A DNA stretch of 64,000 nt, taken from assembly GCA_944390315.1 (NCBI GenBank), contig CALXPO010000007.1:6252-70251 (forward strand), read 5' to 3'. Of this stretch, positions 26,351-36,296 are shown piece by piece (the stretch's first letter is position 1; each line of letters begins with the position of its first letter). Under the pieces are notes generated by a model. The model saw nothing but the letters and a program-made list of their open reading frames with translations, did not search any database and had not been told where the DNA came from. The stretch comes from an uncultured Alphaproteobacteria bacterium (GTDB taxonomy: Bacteria; Pseudomonadota; Alphaproteobacteria; RF32; CAG-239). A program made the translations under genes and the position numbers.

Positions 26351-28136
26351 CTTTTTTCTCCGTGTCAATTTTTTGTATTCTGCACAATTCGGCAAACAAA
26401 CCGTCTTTTTTATTTTTGAGTTGGTAATAATTTCCCTCTTCCGCAATTTTTCCTTTATCAAGCACTACAATCCTGTCCATTTCTTTTAAGGTTGACAACC
26501 TATGGGCCACCGCAATTACCGTTTTATTGGCAATCAGATTTGATATTGCCTGAGCAATAGCAACTTCCGATTCACTGTCAAGTGCAGAGGTTGCCTCGTC
26601 CAAAATCAAAATCGGACTGTTTTTCAAAATAGCTCTGGCAATGGCAATACGTTGCCGTTGACCGCCCGAGAGTTTGCAACCGCGATCACCGACCACACTT
26701 TTATAGCCATCGGGAAATTCACGTATAAAGTCATCGGCATAAGCCTCTTTGGCAGCTTCAAGCATCTCTTTCTCATCGGCACCGGGTTTGGCAAATAAAA
26801 TATTTTCTTTTATGCTTCGATGAAACAACATCGTTTCTTGCGGAACTAGAGCAATGTTATCATGAAGAGAGAATTGACTGACATTTGCAATATTTTGTCC
26901 ATCTATCAAAATTTCGCCTTTTTGCGGTAAATAAGCACGCTGTAACAAATTTATCAATGTTGTCTTTCCGCTGCCCGACAAGCCGACCACACCGATTTTT
27001 TCTTTTGCATTTATCAATAAAGAGAAATCTTTAAACACATTATTTTTATCGTTGTAAGCAAAAGATATATTTTTAAATTCGATTCTGCCGCCTTTAACCT
27101 GCAAACTTTTTTTATGACCTGTTTCATCCATATCGTGCGGATCAAGAAACGGCTTCAACCCCTCCTGAATGGAAGCCAACCTGTTTCTGGTATTACGGAT
27201 ATTATCAAAAAATTCTATCAGATAATTAAATCCCGTATTGACCGTAAATAAAACAAATACAATATCACCTAACCCGATTTGACCTTGTCCCCACAAATAA
27301 AGCGCGAACACAATCAGTGAAATTGAGCAAATATTGACAACAATCCCCATAACGGTATAAGCCGTTAATCCGACTCTCAACTCATTTTTCTTAACATCAA
27401 ACTGTTGTCTGAGCAAAACCGACAAACGGCTTTTTTCAAAATTCAGACCGGCGAACAATTTAACGGTCTGAAGATTTGCAATAATATCAACCAACCGACC
27501 GGCAAAAAGAGATTCTAAACGACTGCTGAGCTTGGACAGTCGCTCTGCTTTTTTATTGATAACGATGTTAAGAAAATAGGCGGCAATCGTGCACCCCAGA
27601 AACCAAACGGCCAACTTAAAATTTATGGATAACAAAATCGCACTTTTAATAACCAATTCGCAAACAATGGTCCACAAACTGACAAATACAATTGAAAACA
27701 CGGGAAGAACCGTTTCTATCTGCCCTATTTTATTGACCAAAGTTCCGGTTTGTTGCTCAGAAATATAGCGACACGAATGACCTTGCAAATATGTAAGAGC
27801 ATCTTCGGTTATTTGACGCTCAATCGGCATATAAATAAAATGTTGTCGAAACAAAAAAGAGCACATCGGCATAACACTGCCGACAACAAGGCAAACGGCT
27901 AATCCGGCAAGATACTTCAAAGCCGTTTTCAAAATCTGAAGACTGACACCATTTTTAACAAGTTCAATAAGTTGTGCAAAAAGCCAGTTACCTAGATTAA
28001 GAGCCAGCACGCTAAGAGAAATCAAAACGAGATAAAAAAACACATAATATTTTTGGTTAAAAATATATTTCAGTAAAAAAATCAAAGACGATTTTGGATA
28101 AACCAAAGACTGATTTTTCAAGAGTGGAGACGGCAT
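26343..28136 (-). CDS. ABC exporter, fused permease/ATPase (heterodimer partner 1)
   Basis: TM domain plus GLSGSGKTT, LSGGQRQR and ILILDEATS. Translationally coupled to the downstream paralog. Confidence 0.92.
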   Translation of the reverse strand: MPSPLLKNQSLVYPKSSLIFLLKYIFNQKYYVFFYLVLISLSVLALNLGNWLFAQLIELVKNGVSLQILKTALKYLAGLAVCLVVGSVMPMCSFLFRQHFIYMPIERQITEDALTYLQGHSCRYISEQQTGTLVNKIGQIETVLPVFSIVFVSLWTIVCELVIKSAILLSINFKLAVWFLGCTIAAYFLNIVINKKAERLSKLSSRLESLFAGRLVDIIANLQTVKLFAGLNFEKSRLSVLLRQQFDVKKNELRVGLTAYTVMGIVVNICSISLIVFALYLWGQGQIGLGDIVFVLFTVNTGFNYLIEFFDNIRNTRNRLASIQEGLKPFLDPHDMDETGHKKSLQVKGGRIEFKNISFAYNDKNNVFKDFSLLINAKEKIGVVGLSGSGKTTLINLLQRAYLPQKGEILIDGQNIANVSQFSLHDNIALVPQETMLFHRSIKENILFAKPGADEKEMLEAAKEAYADDFIREFPDGYKSVVGDRGCKLSGGQRQRIAIARAILKNSPILILDEATSALDSESEVAIAQAISNLIANKTVIAVAHRLSTLKEMDRIVVLDKGKIAEEGNYYQLKNKKDGLFAELCRIQKIDTEKKDD

Positions 28137-28274
28137 AACAAATACCTATGCAAACCAAGTAATGCGCCCAGCATAACATAAAAACTCACCCTCGGCAAGA
28201 ATCAAATAAAGCGCATAAAAAAACACTTGATTTTAATTTAATATTTGTGTAGATAAATAAAACGAACAAACGAT

Positions 28275-28350
28275 AGGGGTATAGCTCAGCTGGTAGAGCA
28301 TCGGTCTCCAAAACCGAGGGTCGTGAGTTCGAATCTTACTGCCCCTGCCA
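28275..28350 (+). tRNA. trnW: tRNA-Trp (anticodon CCA), CCA-3' encoded
   Basis: Hand-folded cloverleaf: acceptor AGGGGTA/TGCCCCT, D arm GCTC/GAGC, anticodon stem TCGGT/ACCGA with loop CTCCAAA, T arm GTGAG-TTCGAAT-CTTAC, discriminator G and CCA. 76 nt. Confidence 0.95.
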
Positions 28351-29853
28351 AAAAAATGAAAAACCGGTTGAGAGCAGCATCTCAACCGGTTTTCTTATTG
28401 AAAACAAAGGATTTTTTCCGTTCATACAGATGTTCGAAAAAATCAATTTTAAAATCTTTCGTTTTTCATCAAGATTCGAACTTTTGTAGATATTTGGAAG
28501 CTTAGACATCAACAATATTAAGTCTTTCAAGCTAATTAAGCTCTTATGAGCAAGACTGCTGTAATTGCTTAATTCGTTGTTGATTTTTTCCTTTTCTTTT
28601 AGTAATTCTTCTAATTTTTTATTATATAAATCCATAGTAATACTCTTTTCGCCATTCTCTTCACTACCCAAAACCAAGTCAACCAACTTCATTTCTTTAT
28701 TTTCAAGCTGTGTCAATTTTGTTAAAAGTAATGTCCGTTGTTGCCGATCCAATTCATGGCATTTCTTCAATTCTTTTTCGATATCCTTAATGGCTTTTTC
28801 ATACCACTTAGGCTCAGTTTTAGCCAGTTTACGCAAGATCTTGTCAACCTCTGCATCCAGAACCTTCTCATTAACATAAGAGCCTTTACATTGCGTGCAA
28901 AACAGATAACGGTGTTGTCGCTGTTTACCTTTGAAATCAGGTGTTAGCAATTTGCCGCAACAAGAGCATCTTGCAATGCCCTTGTATACGTCTTCATTTT
29001 TACGTTTTTTGGTGTTGAGTCGAAGACCCAACACCTCCTGACACTTATCAAACGTAGCTTTATCCGTTAACTTTGGGTATTGGTGCGGATAAAGTTTACC
29101 ATGAAACCGCATAAAACCATAATAAAATGGGTTTGACAACATATCACGTATTGTCTGTGTATGTGCTTTATTACAGCCTTTTGTGCGGAATCCCCATTCG
29201 TTGGCTTTACGCACTAAATCTGCTAATGTATAAACCCCTGTTGCACATTCCGTAAATAATTTGCGCACAATTATACCCATTTCAGGGTCTTCAACAATCG
29301 TTGCTTTATCAAATTCATCACGGGCATTTTGGTAACCAACAATGGCATAATGGGGAAATTTCCCCATTTTCGCCATTTTTTCGAAACTACGCTTAACATT
29401 GTCTGAAATACAGTTTGTGTAGTTTTCGGCTAATAATATGAATAAATGATATGTTAATAACTGACTGCTACTCGAATCTTGTGTCAACACCTGATTTTCC
29501 GTGTTAAAGTGCAATTCAACTTTTCCATCACGGCGCAATCCGTCAAGTATCGGCACTTCGTGGAAACTGCGCTGAAGTCTGTCGACCTTGTCACAAACAA
29601 TTGCGACACATTCCTTTTGTGCTTTTACAAAATTCAACATTTCATAAAACTGTTTGCGCTCCCCACGAGTTGAGCTTTCCACAATGGAAAATTCCTTTAT
29701 AACTTTCAGCCCTCTACACTCGCAATATGCTTGTAAACGCGAAAGTTGAGCGTCGAGGGAATAACCATCTTCCTGATCTTTTGATGATACTCTGGTTAAA
29801 ATAACAGCCTTTACGGCCGGTTTATAATTATTAAAGGTACTGTATTTTGTCAT
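28336..29853 (-). CDS. Large serine recombinase
   Basis: N-terminal resolvase domain (AVILTRVSSKDQEDGYSLDAQ...IVCDKVDRLQRS), a recombinase domain, the zinc ribbon CSCCGKLL...CTQCKG and a C-terminal coiled coil. The last 15 nt overlap the tRNA-Trp 3' end. Confidence 0.9.
   Translation of the reverse strand: MTKYSTFNNYKPAVKAVILTRVSSKDQEDGYSLDAQLSRLQAYCECRGLKVIKEFSIVESSTRGERKQFYEMLNFVKAQKECVAIVCDKVDRLQRSFHEVPILDGLRRDGKVELHFNTENQVLTQDSSSSQLLTYHLFILLAENYTNCISDNVKRSFEKMAKMGKFPHYAIVGYQNARDEFDKATIVEDPEMGIIVRKLFTECATGVYTLADLVRKANEWGFRTKGCNKAHTQTIRDMLSNPFYYGFMRFHGKLYPHQYPKLTDKATFDKCQEVLGLRLNTKKRKNEDVYKGIARCSCCGKLLTPDFKGKQRQHRYLFCTQCKGSYVNEKVLDAEVDKILRKLAKTEPKWYEKAIKDIEKELKKCHELDRQQRTLLLTKLTQLENKEMKLVDLVLGSEENGEKSITMDLYNKKLEELLKEKEKINNELSNYSSLAHKSLISLKDLILLMSKLPNIYKSSNLDEKRKILKLIFSNICMNGKNPLFSIRKPVEMLLSTGFSFFWQGQ
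28362..28394 (+). terminator. Terminator after tRNA-Trp
   Basis: AACCGGTTGAGA-GCAGCA-TCTCAACCGGTT gives a 12-bp perfect stem followed by TTT. It lies inside the 3' end of the recombinase ORF on the opposite strand. Confidence 0.7.
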
Positions 29854-29855
29854 AT

Positions 29856-31205
29856 TTAATCTCCATTTATGACAATATTTTCATTATTACAATGGTTCAA
29901 GTACTTTCTCTGCTGTTCGTCCAATTCGACCCAGCTTTGAAACCCTTGAATCGGCTCCTTATCTTCCGTTTCTAAATCTGCATTCAAATCTGGGCAAACA
30001 AATACCTCAGATTCTTGGCAGATTAGGTCGGGAAGCTCGATGACATTATTTTCGGCAATAGCCTGCGTAATATCATCATAAATTTGCTTTTTATAGTTTG
30101 ATTGCGGGACATAATTCTGCATCTCTCGAAACAGTTTTTGTGCCGTTGGGTTATCTTTAAGGTGTTCGGTTATAAACCGACACCCAATTTTTTCCATCAA
30201 ACAACGTAATGCCAAAATTTGTAAACGTTTCAGCGGTTTATATTTAGCAGATAAACGCATCCACATCGTTACAAGATCATCTTGTAAACAAACCAGAGGT
30301 TGCATTGCCTGCATTACAGACCGCCAATGATAAAGATTAAGAGTTTTAGCAAAATGGCTATTGAACAGCTCTTCAAAACTGCAAGATGAAGCGACTAGTC
30401 CTGCTCGTTCAAGAGCTGCTCTTATAGTCTTACCCGAATTAAGTCGTGTTTCGATACGAAACACTTGCATATTGCCGATTTTATTCAAATCAATGCTTTG
30501 GTATATGCGGTGAACGTTATCTTCTACCGACCTGCTCGGAGATTTTTTCTGCTGTTTTAAGTCTTTGATTTTATCATAAATCGCGAACTCATGGTATTTT
30601 GTATGAAAACGAATGCAATGTCCGTCATTTCGGTAATCGGTATGACCGCTGTCATAAATTTTGCTGACATTGGCTTTTTCGATATCCTTCATGATAAAAT
30701 CACACCAAACACCGTTTTTAAGCAAAATATTCTTGCTGTAGTGAATGCGGCAAACTTGTGCTTTTCTCAAAGCATCTTCTGCCACTTCAACTCCCATTAC
30801 GGCGAGAACTTTTTGCAGCGAAACAATAATTTGCGAAAAATCGTTATCTGTTACTTCGTGCAAATTCTCACCGTAAAGAAGCTTGGGAAGCGAGAGCTCT
30901 ATGTAGAGCCCCGCTTCAATTTTGTGACCGCAAAAATGCGTTTCAAGGGTAAGTTTTGGCTTGTAACGGCCAAAAATCTTATCTTGAGACGTAATGTTTT
31001 GCGTGGCCTTTTTGTTCACCTCCTGCTGATGTAACAGAACATCGTTTGCATTCGGTGAAAAAAGTTCCGGACGGGTAACGTAAAAAGCGGTTGCCCGAAG
31101 TCGGAGAGCGACAGTGTCACATATTGCTTTATGCTGCATCACCGTCATCTCATGTTTCCGGATAATTATCATTTGCAGGTTGAGGAGGGAGTTTTCCCTC
31201 CTCAA
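29856..31205 (-). CDS. Putative replication initiator (phage/plasmid gene II/X or Rep_trans-like)
   Basis: LSLPKLLYGENLHE, VCRIHYSKN, FAIYDKIKD and FRIETRLNS resemble motifs of rolling-circle/phage replication initiators as I recall them. The annotated start is TTG inside a hairpin, so ATG 31172 or 31148 are possible true starts. Confidence 0.45.
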   Translation of the reverse strand: MRRENSLLNLQMIIIRKHEMTVMQHKAICDTVALRLRATAFYVTRPELFSPNANDVLLHQQEVNKKATQNITSQDKIFGRYKPKLTLETHFCGHKIEAGLYIELSLPKLLYGENLHEVTDNDFSQIIVSLQKVLAVMGVEVAEDALRKAQVCRIHYSKNILLKNGVWCDFIMKDIEKANVSKIYDSGHTDYRNDGHCIRFHTKYHEFAIYDKIKDLKQQKKSPSRSVEDNVHRIYQSIDLNKIGNMQVFRIETRLNSGKTIRAALERAGLVASSCSFEELFNSHFAKTLNLYHWRSVMQAMQPLVCLQDDLVTMWMRLSAKYKPLKRLQILALRCLMEKIGCRFITEHLKDNPTAQKLFREMQNYVPQSNYKKQIYDDITQAIAENNVIELPDLICQESEVFVCPDLNADLETEDKEPIQGFQSWVELDEQQRKYLNHCNNENIVINGD

Positions 31206-31282
31206 TACGAATGAGTATTGCTATAAGAAAAACAAGAAAGTCAACCACCTCCTTTTCTTCCTCAGCGGTGATATAATAATTG

Positions 31283-31645
31283 TTATTTTTCATTTTGTAT
31301 TTCTTTATCCATCTGAGCTTTTCTGATTTTAAGTTTATCAGAAAGGGTCATTCTATTGAAAGCGGATAGATCTTTTGCTAGGATTAACTCCATTCGCAAC
31401 AGAATATCTGTATTGAACTGATTAAGTGATAATTTCATAGCATCTAGTGCTATTTCGTTATATGGGCAACGTAATTCTTTTACAACACTGTCTAACGAGG
31501 CAAGTTCTCTGCCAACCTCACAAGCAAACTCTTGGGCGCATACTAATCTGTCCATCATTTCTACAGTATGAGACTCTTCAGATTCAATCAACTTCATGAA
31601 CTCATCATTTCCGCTAATTGGATTATTTAAGTTTTCTTTCTCCAT
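31283..31645 (-). CDS. Hypothetical protein (~120 aa)
   Basis: ORF with GGAGA upstream of ATG 31645 (MEKENL...). The ORF extends to 31702. Predicted helical; no motif recognised. Confidence 0.5.
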   Translation of the reverse strand: MEKENLNNPISGNDEFMKLIESEESHTVEMMDRLVCAQEFACEVGRELASLDSVVKELRCPYNEIALDAMKLSLNQFNTDILLRMELILAKDLSAFNRMTLSDKLKIRKAQMDKEIQNEK

Positions 31646-31740
31646 TATTTTTTCTCCATATTTAAAATATTTTCCCAATAAAGAAGTCGTGAGCTTCCTC
31701 ACTTGTATGGATTCATATTCACGATGTCTTTATATCCGAC

Positions 31741-31774
31741 CAAAATGAAAACCTCATCTTGATCTGATGAGGTT
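31741..31774 (-). terminator. Terminator after the split gene
   Basis: On the minus-strand RNA, AACCUCAUC-AGAUCAA-GAUGAGGUU is followed by UUUCAUUUU. Confidence 0.65.
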
Positions 31775-31863
31775 ATTCTATGACAGGAAGTTAGCGTTTT
31801 GTATTTGAAATACCGCGGTAAATTATAGAACATTGCGATATCATTTTACCATATAGCAAAAAT

Positions 31864-32853
31864 TTACTTAAACCCCTGATTATAATAGATTTCTATAACA
31901 GGAACTCTTTCTTTATAAGGAAAATTTCCTTGTTTGGCAGGAACATAAAAAGTATTTCCATCTTTCCGGCCTTCGTTTAGAATTCCTCGAAGCTGTGATC
32001 TTGAGTAGCCGGGAGTTAATTCTGAAGTACCAAAGTAATCATAAATTGCTTCCATTATATCCGGAAATTCACAATGTTCATAACAGGAAGATATTAAAGC
32101 TTTTTGAGCATCCTTTATAAATTTTTTTATTTTTACATTTTTTTTGCTTTTCTCAATTCCAACCCAACATTTGGATTTTAATTCTTGTAACTGCTCAAAA
32201 TTTACTTCAACGAAACTGAAACCTTTGAAACCACCCAGATCTGCTCTATATTCGTCACAAATTATATTTGAACGCCATTTTATTTCGTCATTAACAAGAT
32301 CGGAAAACTGAATTTCATCTCAGATATAATTTTCATCAATTCCTGATGGGTATGATAAAAGAATCCAATCGGAAGGATCCTCTCCATCCATTATGTCTTC
32401 AAGATATTGCGTTAGAGTGAACGCTTTGTGTGGATACTCTTTTACGTATGTATTAATTTCATCTTTGGAAGCGTTATACTCTTTCTGAAAGAGCTTTTTC
32501 CAATTTTCTTTGTCCGCATTCTTACGTAGATGTATGGTAGCAATATCGCTATATTCATCCCATACATCATTATGGAAATCGATTATGGATTCTATTCCTG
32601 TGATTTTCAATTGATTATTGATGTTCCATGTTCTTATTAATTCAAGAGCCTTAAAAATATCTTCCCTTTTAAATGGTTCTGATTTATAAAAATTTTTTCT
32701 TAAAATTTTTTCATTATTTGAAGGAAGCTGTCCATTCAAAAGAAATATCACAGCTTGATTAATAGGTATAAGATTATCAACATTCATTTTTTTGCCTTTC
32801 ATGTTAATTTTGTTATTAAAAAATAAGTTCTGCAACCTCCTAACATCTGACAC
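31864..32853 (-). pseudogene. 329-codon reading frame of unknown function interrupted by a single in-frame TGA (32320-32322)
   Basis: ORFs 32320..32853 and 31864..32055 are in the same frame (990 nt in total). I translated 32056-32319 by hand and found no other stop and no ATG. Confidence 0.6.
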
Positions 32854-33095
32854 CCTTACCTTTCAAGCTATGTTTAAGCATAAAAAAAACTCCACCATCT
32901 GTAAGGTAGAGTTTTAAAAAAATTACACCCCACCTCAGCTAAAGGTGGAGTTGAGTTTCTTAAAGCCGTTAGGACTCCTTCGACCCCTCCGGGGTCTAAT
33001 TGCAGCTGTAGCTTTGAAAGATTCCATCGCGGCTACATCTTGTGCGTATCATGCATTTTTAGCATTGTCAACATTAATTTTATTTTTTTTTAATT

Positions 33096-33425
33096 TTAAT
33101 ATTCATCAGCAAGCATAACCGTCAAAACGCGATTAGTGATTGTTTCGTCGCTCGGGTCTAGGCTGAGGTATTGATACTCAACGTCGTAATAATCAATTTT
33201 CCAAAAATAAGTTATGCCGTCAACGTCGAATGCACCAAAGTCATGCTCGCCGTTCGGATCGTTGTCTTTATTAAAATTGCTAAAATTGCGGACTTTTTCC
33301 ATGATCTCAAGCTGTTTATCTGTCGGCAATTTGGCAACTCCGCGCGTTATTAAAACCCGACCGCCGGTAAAATTTTGCCGCAAATTATCGTTTAGCTCGC
33401 GTATTTTCTTAATTTTCGTGTCCAT
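33096..33425 (-). CDS. DUF3768 family protein
   Basis: IRELNDNLRQNFTGGRVLITRGV...NDPNGEHDFGAFDVDG..YFWKIDYYD...TNRVLTVMLADEY closely matches the DUF3768 pattern I recall from alphaproteobacterial plasmids and ICEs. ATG 33425 is preferred; the ORF extends to 33479. Confidence 0.8.
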   Translation of the reverse strand: MDTKIKKIRELNDNLRQNFTGGRVLITRGVAKLPTDKQLEIMEKVRNFSNFNKDNDPNGEHDFGAFDVDGITYFWKIDYYDVEYQYLSLDPSDETITNRVLTVMLADEY

Positions 33426-33695
33426 TTTGCACCTTCCATTTAAAACAGAAAGAGCCGGAACTGCTTCCGACCCTTTCATTAAATGTGTTAAATTTCTTCT
33501 TTCTTCGCATTTTTTGCCCTTTTTATTATTTTATAATATCCACCCTACAAGAACTCAAGCGAAGAATGAGTGCTAAATTAATTTAAAAAAAATTAAAGGT
33601 TTAGTAAGTTATCATGAATTAACTTAACAATATAAAAGAGCTGATTACTTTATTTAAGATGTATAAAGATATTTCTGGGGAAAGGATTGAGTTTA

Positions 33696-36296
33696 ATGGT
33701 AGAAATACTAACGGATGGATTGGTTAGAAATGCAATTCAAGGTGTCGGAGGTTGTGAATCCAAAGGATATCCTGATACCCCAAACAAAACTATTAATGAT
33801 GTTACCTGGTACGAACAAAATGGTTATAAAGGAGGTACATCACCAGATCCTATTATTGAAAAGTTGTTGTCTAAAGCATCAAAATCTGGATCTGGTAGAG
33901 AAGGCAAGCCAGAGTTTATAATCTCAACACCAGATTTTTTTGTTGTTTTTGAAGATAAAGATGTCAAGGATGCTAAGCACTCATCCCAAGCAGATATTCG
34001 AGATTATATTGGAAAGGGGTACACAGCTGAACCTTATAAATATTCTATAGATGATGTTCTTCGTTATGTTGAATATCTGAAAACTGAAAAAGATGTTATA
34101 GCTGTTGCCAGTACATCTGATGGAACTATCAAAAATTTTAAAACAACAACTTTTTATATGCCTAAAAACGGTACATGGGATGATTTGCATGTCATTTGTA
34201 ATGGTGGGTATGATGTAGTAATTAAATCTACTACTGAATATAAAAATATCATAGATGAAATTAATGGAATAACCGAGCAAACATATGAACAACTTTATAA
34301 TGAACTAAGTAATTATGTAAATCAAAGTGCCATATTCATGGAAAAAATGGGTGTTGATGCAGCAAATGAACTCCAACTTGTGTCTTTTATTACATTAGCT
34401 CTTTCCAACAGTAAATCTAATCTCTATCGAAATGTTAAGAAATGGTCACAAACAGATTTTGTTGATTCTGTTGAAATTAAAGCACAAGATGTATTGGATG
34501 CTCTTATTGGTAATACAACTCAAGGTATTAGTGGTATTATTCGTACTGTTGATGAGCGCGGAAGAACAGTTTTACCTCAACCCAAATACGAACTTCTAAA
34601 GCAATATGCAGAAAACACTTTTAATGATAATCATATTACTGAACACGGAAAACCAGATAAAGATAATAATCCTACAATAATGAATCTATGGGATACTGAT
34701 AAAAAAGGTAAACCTCGTAAAAATAATTACTTTAAGAAGGGATATGGAACCATTCTTTCCCGTTTGGTTTGTTCTTTATATCAATATGTTACAACAAAAT
34801 ATGATTATTATAAGGATAAAGGTATAGATATTATGGGAGCATTTTATTCATTGCTTTCTCAATTTTACAAGGCTGATGCAAAACGTGGCGTTGTCCTTAC
34901 TCCTACTCATGTAACAGATTTATTTTGTGATCTCGCTGAATTTTTTTCAGAAAACAAACTAACAGAAAAAACAAAAATTTTAGATATTTGTACAGGATCT
35001 GGAGGTTTTCTTATTTCTGCATTACACAGAATTAATGATAATATTGAAAATAATGAAGCTCTTAATGAAGAAAATAAGAAAAAAGCAAAAGATAAAGCTC
35101 GTAAGAATGCACTAATTGGTAATGAATTAAGTCCTAAAATGTTTGTTCTTGCGTATGTAAATATGTTATTTCACCAGGATGGCAGTTCTCAGCTATGTAA
35201 TCACGATGGACTAACACTTCATGATGAAGGAGATTTTAGAGATATTTTTGGTATGGATGATGAAGATTCTTTCCAAGAAAAGGGAGCTGATATTGGCATG
35301 ATAAATCCTCCATATGATGGTTCAGAATATGACCAACTTCAATTTATATCAGCACTGCTATCATATTTAAAAAAAGATGGTATAGGTATTGCAATTGTAC
35401 CTGTCTCAAACCAAGGAAATAGTAGAAATATTGATAAAGCTCAAATTCTTAAAGAACATACACTTCTTGCAAGCATCTTAATGCCATCTAACCTTTTTTG
35501 GGGACCTGCAAATAGTGGAGCTGCTGTTGGAACATGTATTTTAGTATTTAAGGCACACAAACCAAATAATGATTATATTGCAGAGGGAGGAAAGGCTTAT
35601 CTTGCCGATTGGCGTGAAGATGGTTTTAAGGTTATAAACAAACACGGACGTTTTGAAGATAATAATAAATGGAAAAATCCTAAAAATGGTTACCGAAAAA
35701 TGTATCTTGAGGATATGAAAGCTACAATACTTAAGGATTATAATAAATTAAATATTGTAAAAACTGCTTATAGAGAAGCATTTGGAGAAGAGCAACCTGA
35801 CCCTTCTGTAGATTATATACCATCAATGCTGTTTAAGCCAGATATCCATGAGAATGGCATTAAGTCAACATTAGTAGCGGTACATACAAATCCACATGAG
35901 GAAGTTGTTCAACAAGTTTGGTCTAAAGATGGTGTTAGTCCTGATGGGGAAAAGCATCTTTCAGGAGATCCTAAATATTTATATGAATCAGTAAAGAAAA
36001 AAGCGTTAGATAATAATGGAAATATTATTCTAAATAAAAATGGTAAACCTAAAATGGTTACAGTAAAAGTTAAAAAGATAGATGGTGTAGGATTTCCTAT
36101 TCAAGAAACAAAGAAAGAAATTATTTATGATAATGAAGATTGGAACATTTTAAATTATGTTAAAACAGATTATCACGAACTTTCAAATAATGATTTTATA
36201 AAAACGATTAGAAATTATAAGTTATTTCAGTACATGCTTCAGAATAATATGCTTTTTGAAGATATTTCATCTGTAGAAAATCGCGAGGAATCATGA
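33696..36296 (+). CDS. Fused restriction endonuclease / N6-adenine DNA methyltransferase (BcgI-like type IIB/IIG RM subunit)
   Basis: N-terminal GKPEFIISTPDFFVVFEDKD is a PD-(D/E)xK-like motif. MTase motifs are GVVLTPTHVTDLF, ILDICTGSGGFL (SAM binding) and NPPY. A ~240-aa C-terminal extension follows. AAAGGA RBS lies 9 nt before ATG 33696, and the stop overlaps the S gene start (ATGA). Confidence 0.85.
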   Translation: MVEILTDGLVRNAIQGVGGCESKGYPDTPNKTINDVTWYEQNGYKGGTSPDPIIEKLLSKASKSGSGREGKPEFIISTPDFFVVFEDKDVKDAKHSSQADIRDYIGKGYTAEPYKYSIDDVLRYVEYLKTEKDVIAVASTSDGTIKNFKTTTFYMPKNGTWDDLHVICNGGYDVVIKSTTEYKNIIDEINGITEQTYEQLYNELSNYVNQSAIFMEKMGVDAANELQLVSFITLALSNSKSNLYRNVKKWSQTDFVDSVEIKAQDVLDALIGNTTQGISGIIRTVDERGRTVLPQPKYELLKQYAENTFNDNHITEHGKPDKDNNPTIMNLWDTDKKGKPRKNNYFKKGYGTILSRLVCSLYQYVTTKYDYYKDKGIDIMGAFYSLLSQFYKADAKRGVVLTPTHVTDLFCDLAEFFSENKLTEKTKILDICTGSGGFLISALHRINDNIENNEALNEENKKKAKDKARKNALIGNELSPKMFVLAYVNMLFHQDGSSQLCNHDGLTLHDEGDFRDIFGMDDEDSFQEKGADIGMINPPYDGSEYDQLQFISALLSYLKKDGIGIAIVPVSNQGNSRNIDKAQILKEHTLLASILMPSNLFWGPANSGAAVGTCILVFKAHKPNNDYIAEGGKAYLADWREDGFKVINKHGRFEDNNKWKNPKNGYRKMYLEDMKATILKDYNKLNIVKTAYREAFGEEQPDPSVDYIPSMLFKPDIHENGIKSTLVAVHTNPHEEVVQQVWSKDGVSPDGEKHLSGDPKYLYESVKKKALDNNGNIILNKNGKPKMVTVKVKKIDGVGFPIQETKKEIIYDNEDWNILNYVKTDYHELSNNDFIKTIRNYKLFQYMLQNNMLFEDISSVENREES

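Noticed and set aside
32320-32322. TGA recoded as Trp (genetic code 4) or as selenocysteine, as an explanation for the in-frame stop.
   Set aside because: The window's tRNA-Trp has anticodon CCA, which does not read UGA. The large conserved genes (rpoB, rpoC, clpB, ftsH) are intact ORFs under the standard code. TGA serves as the terminal stop of several genes here. No SECIS-like hairpin follows the codon.
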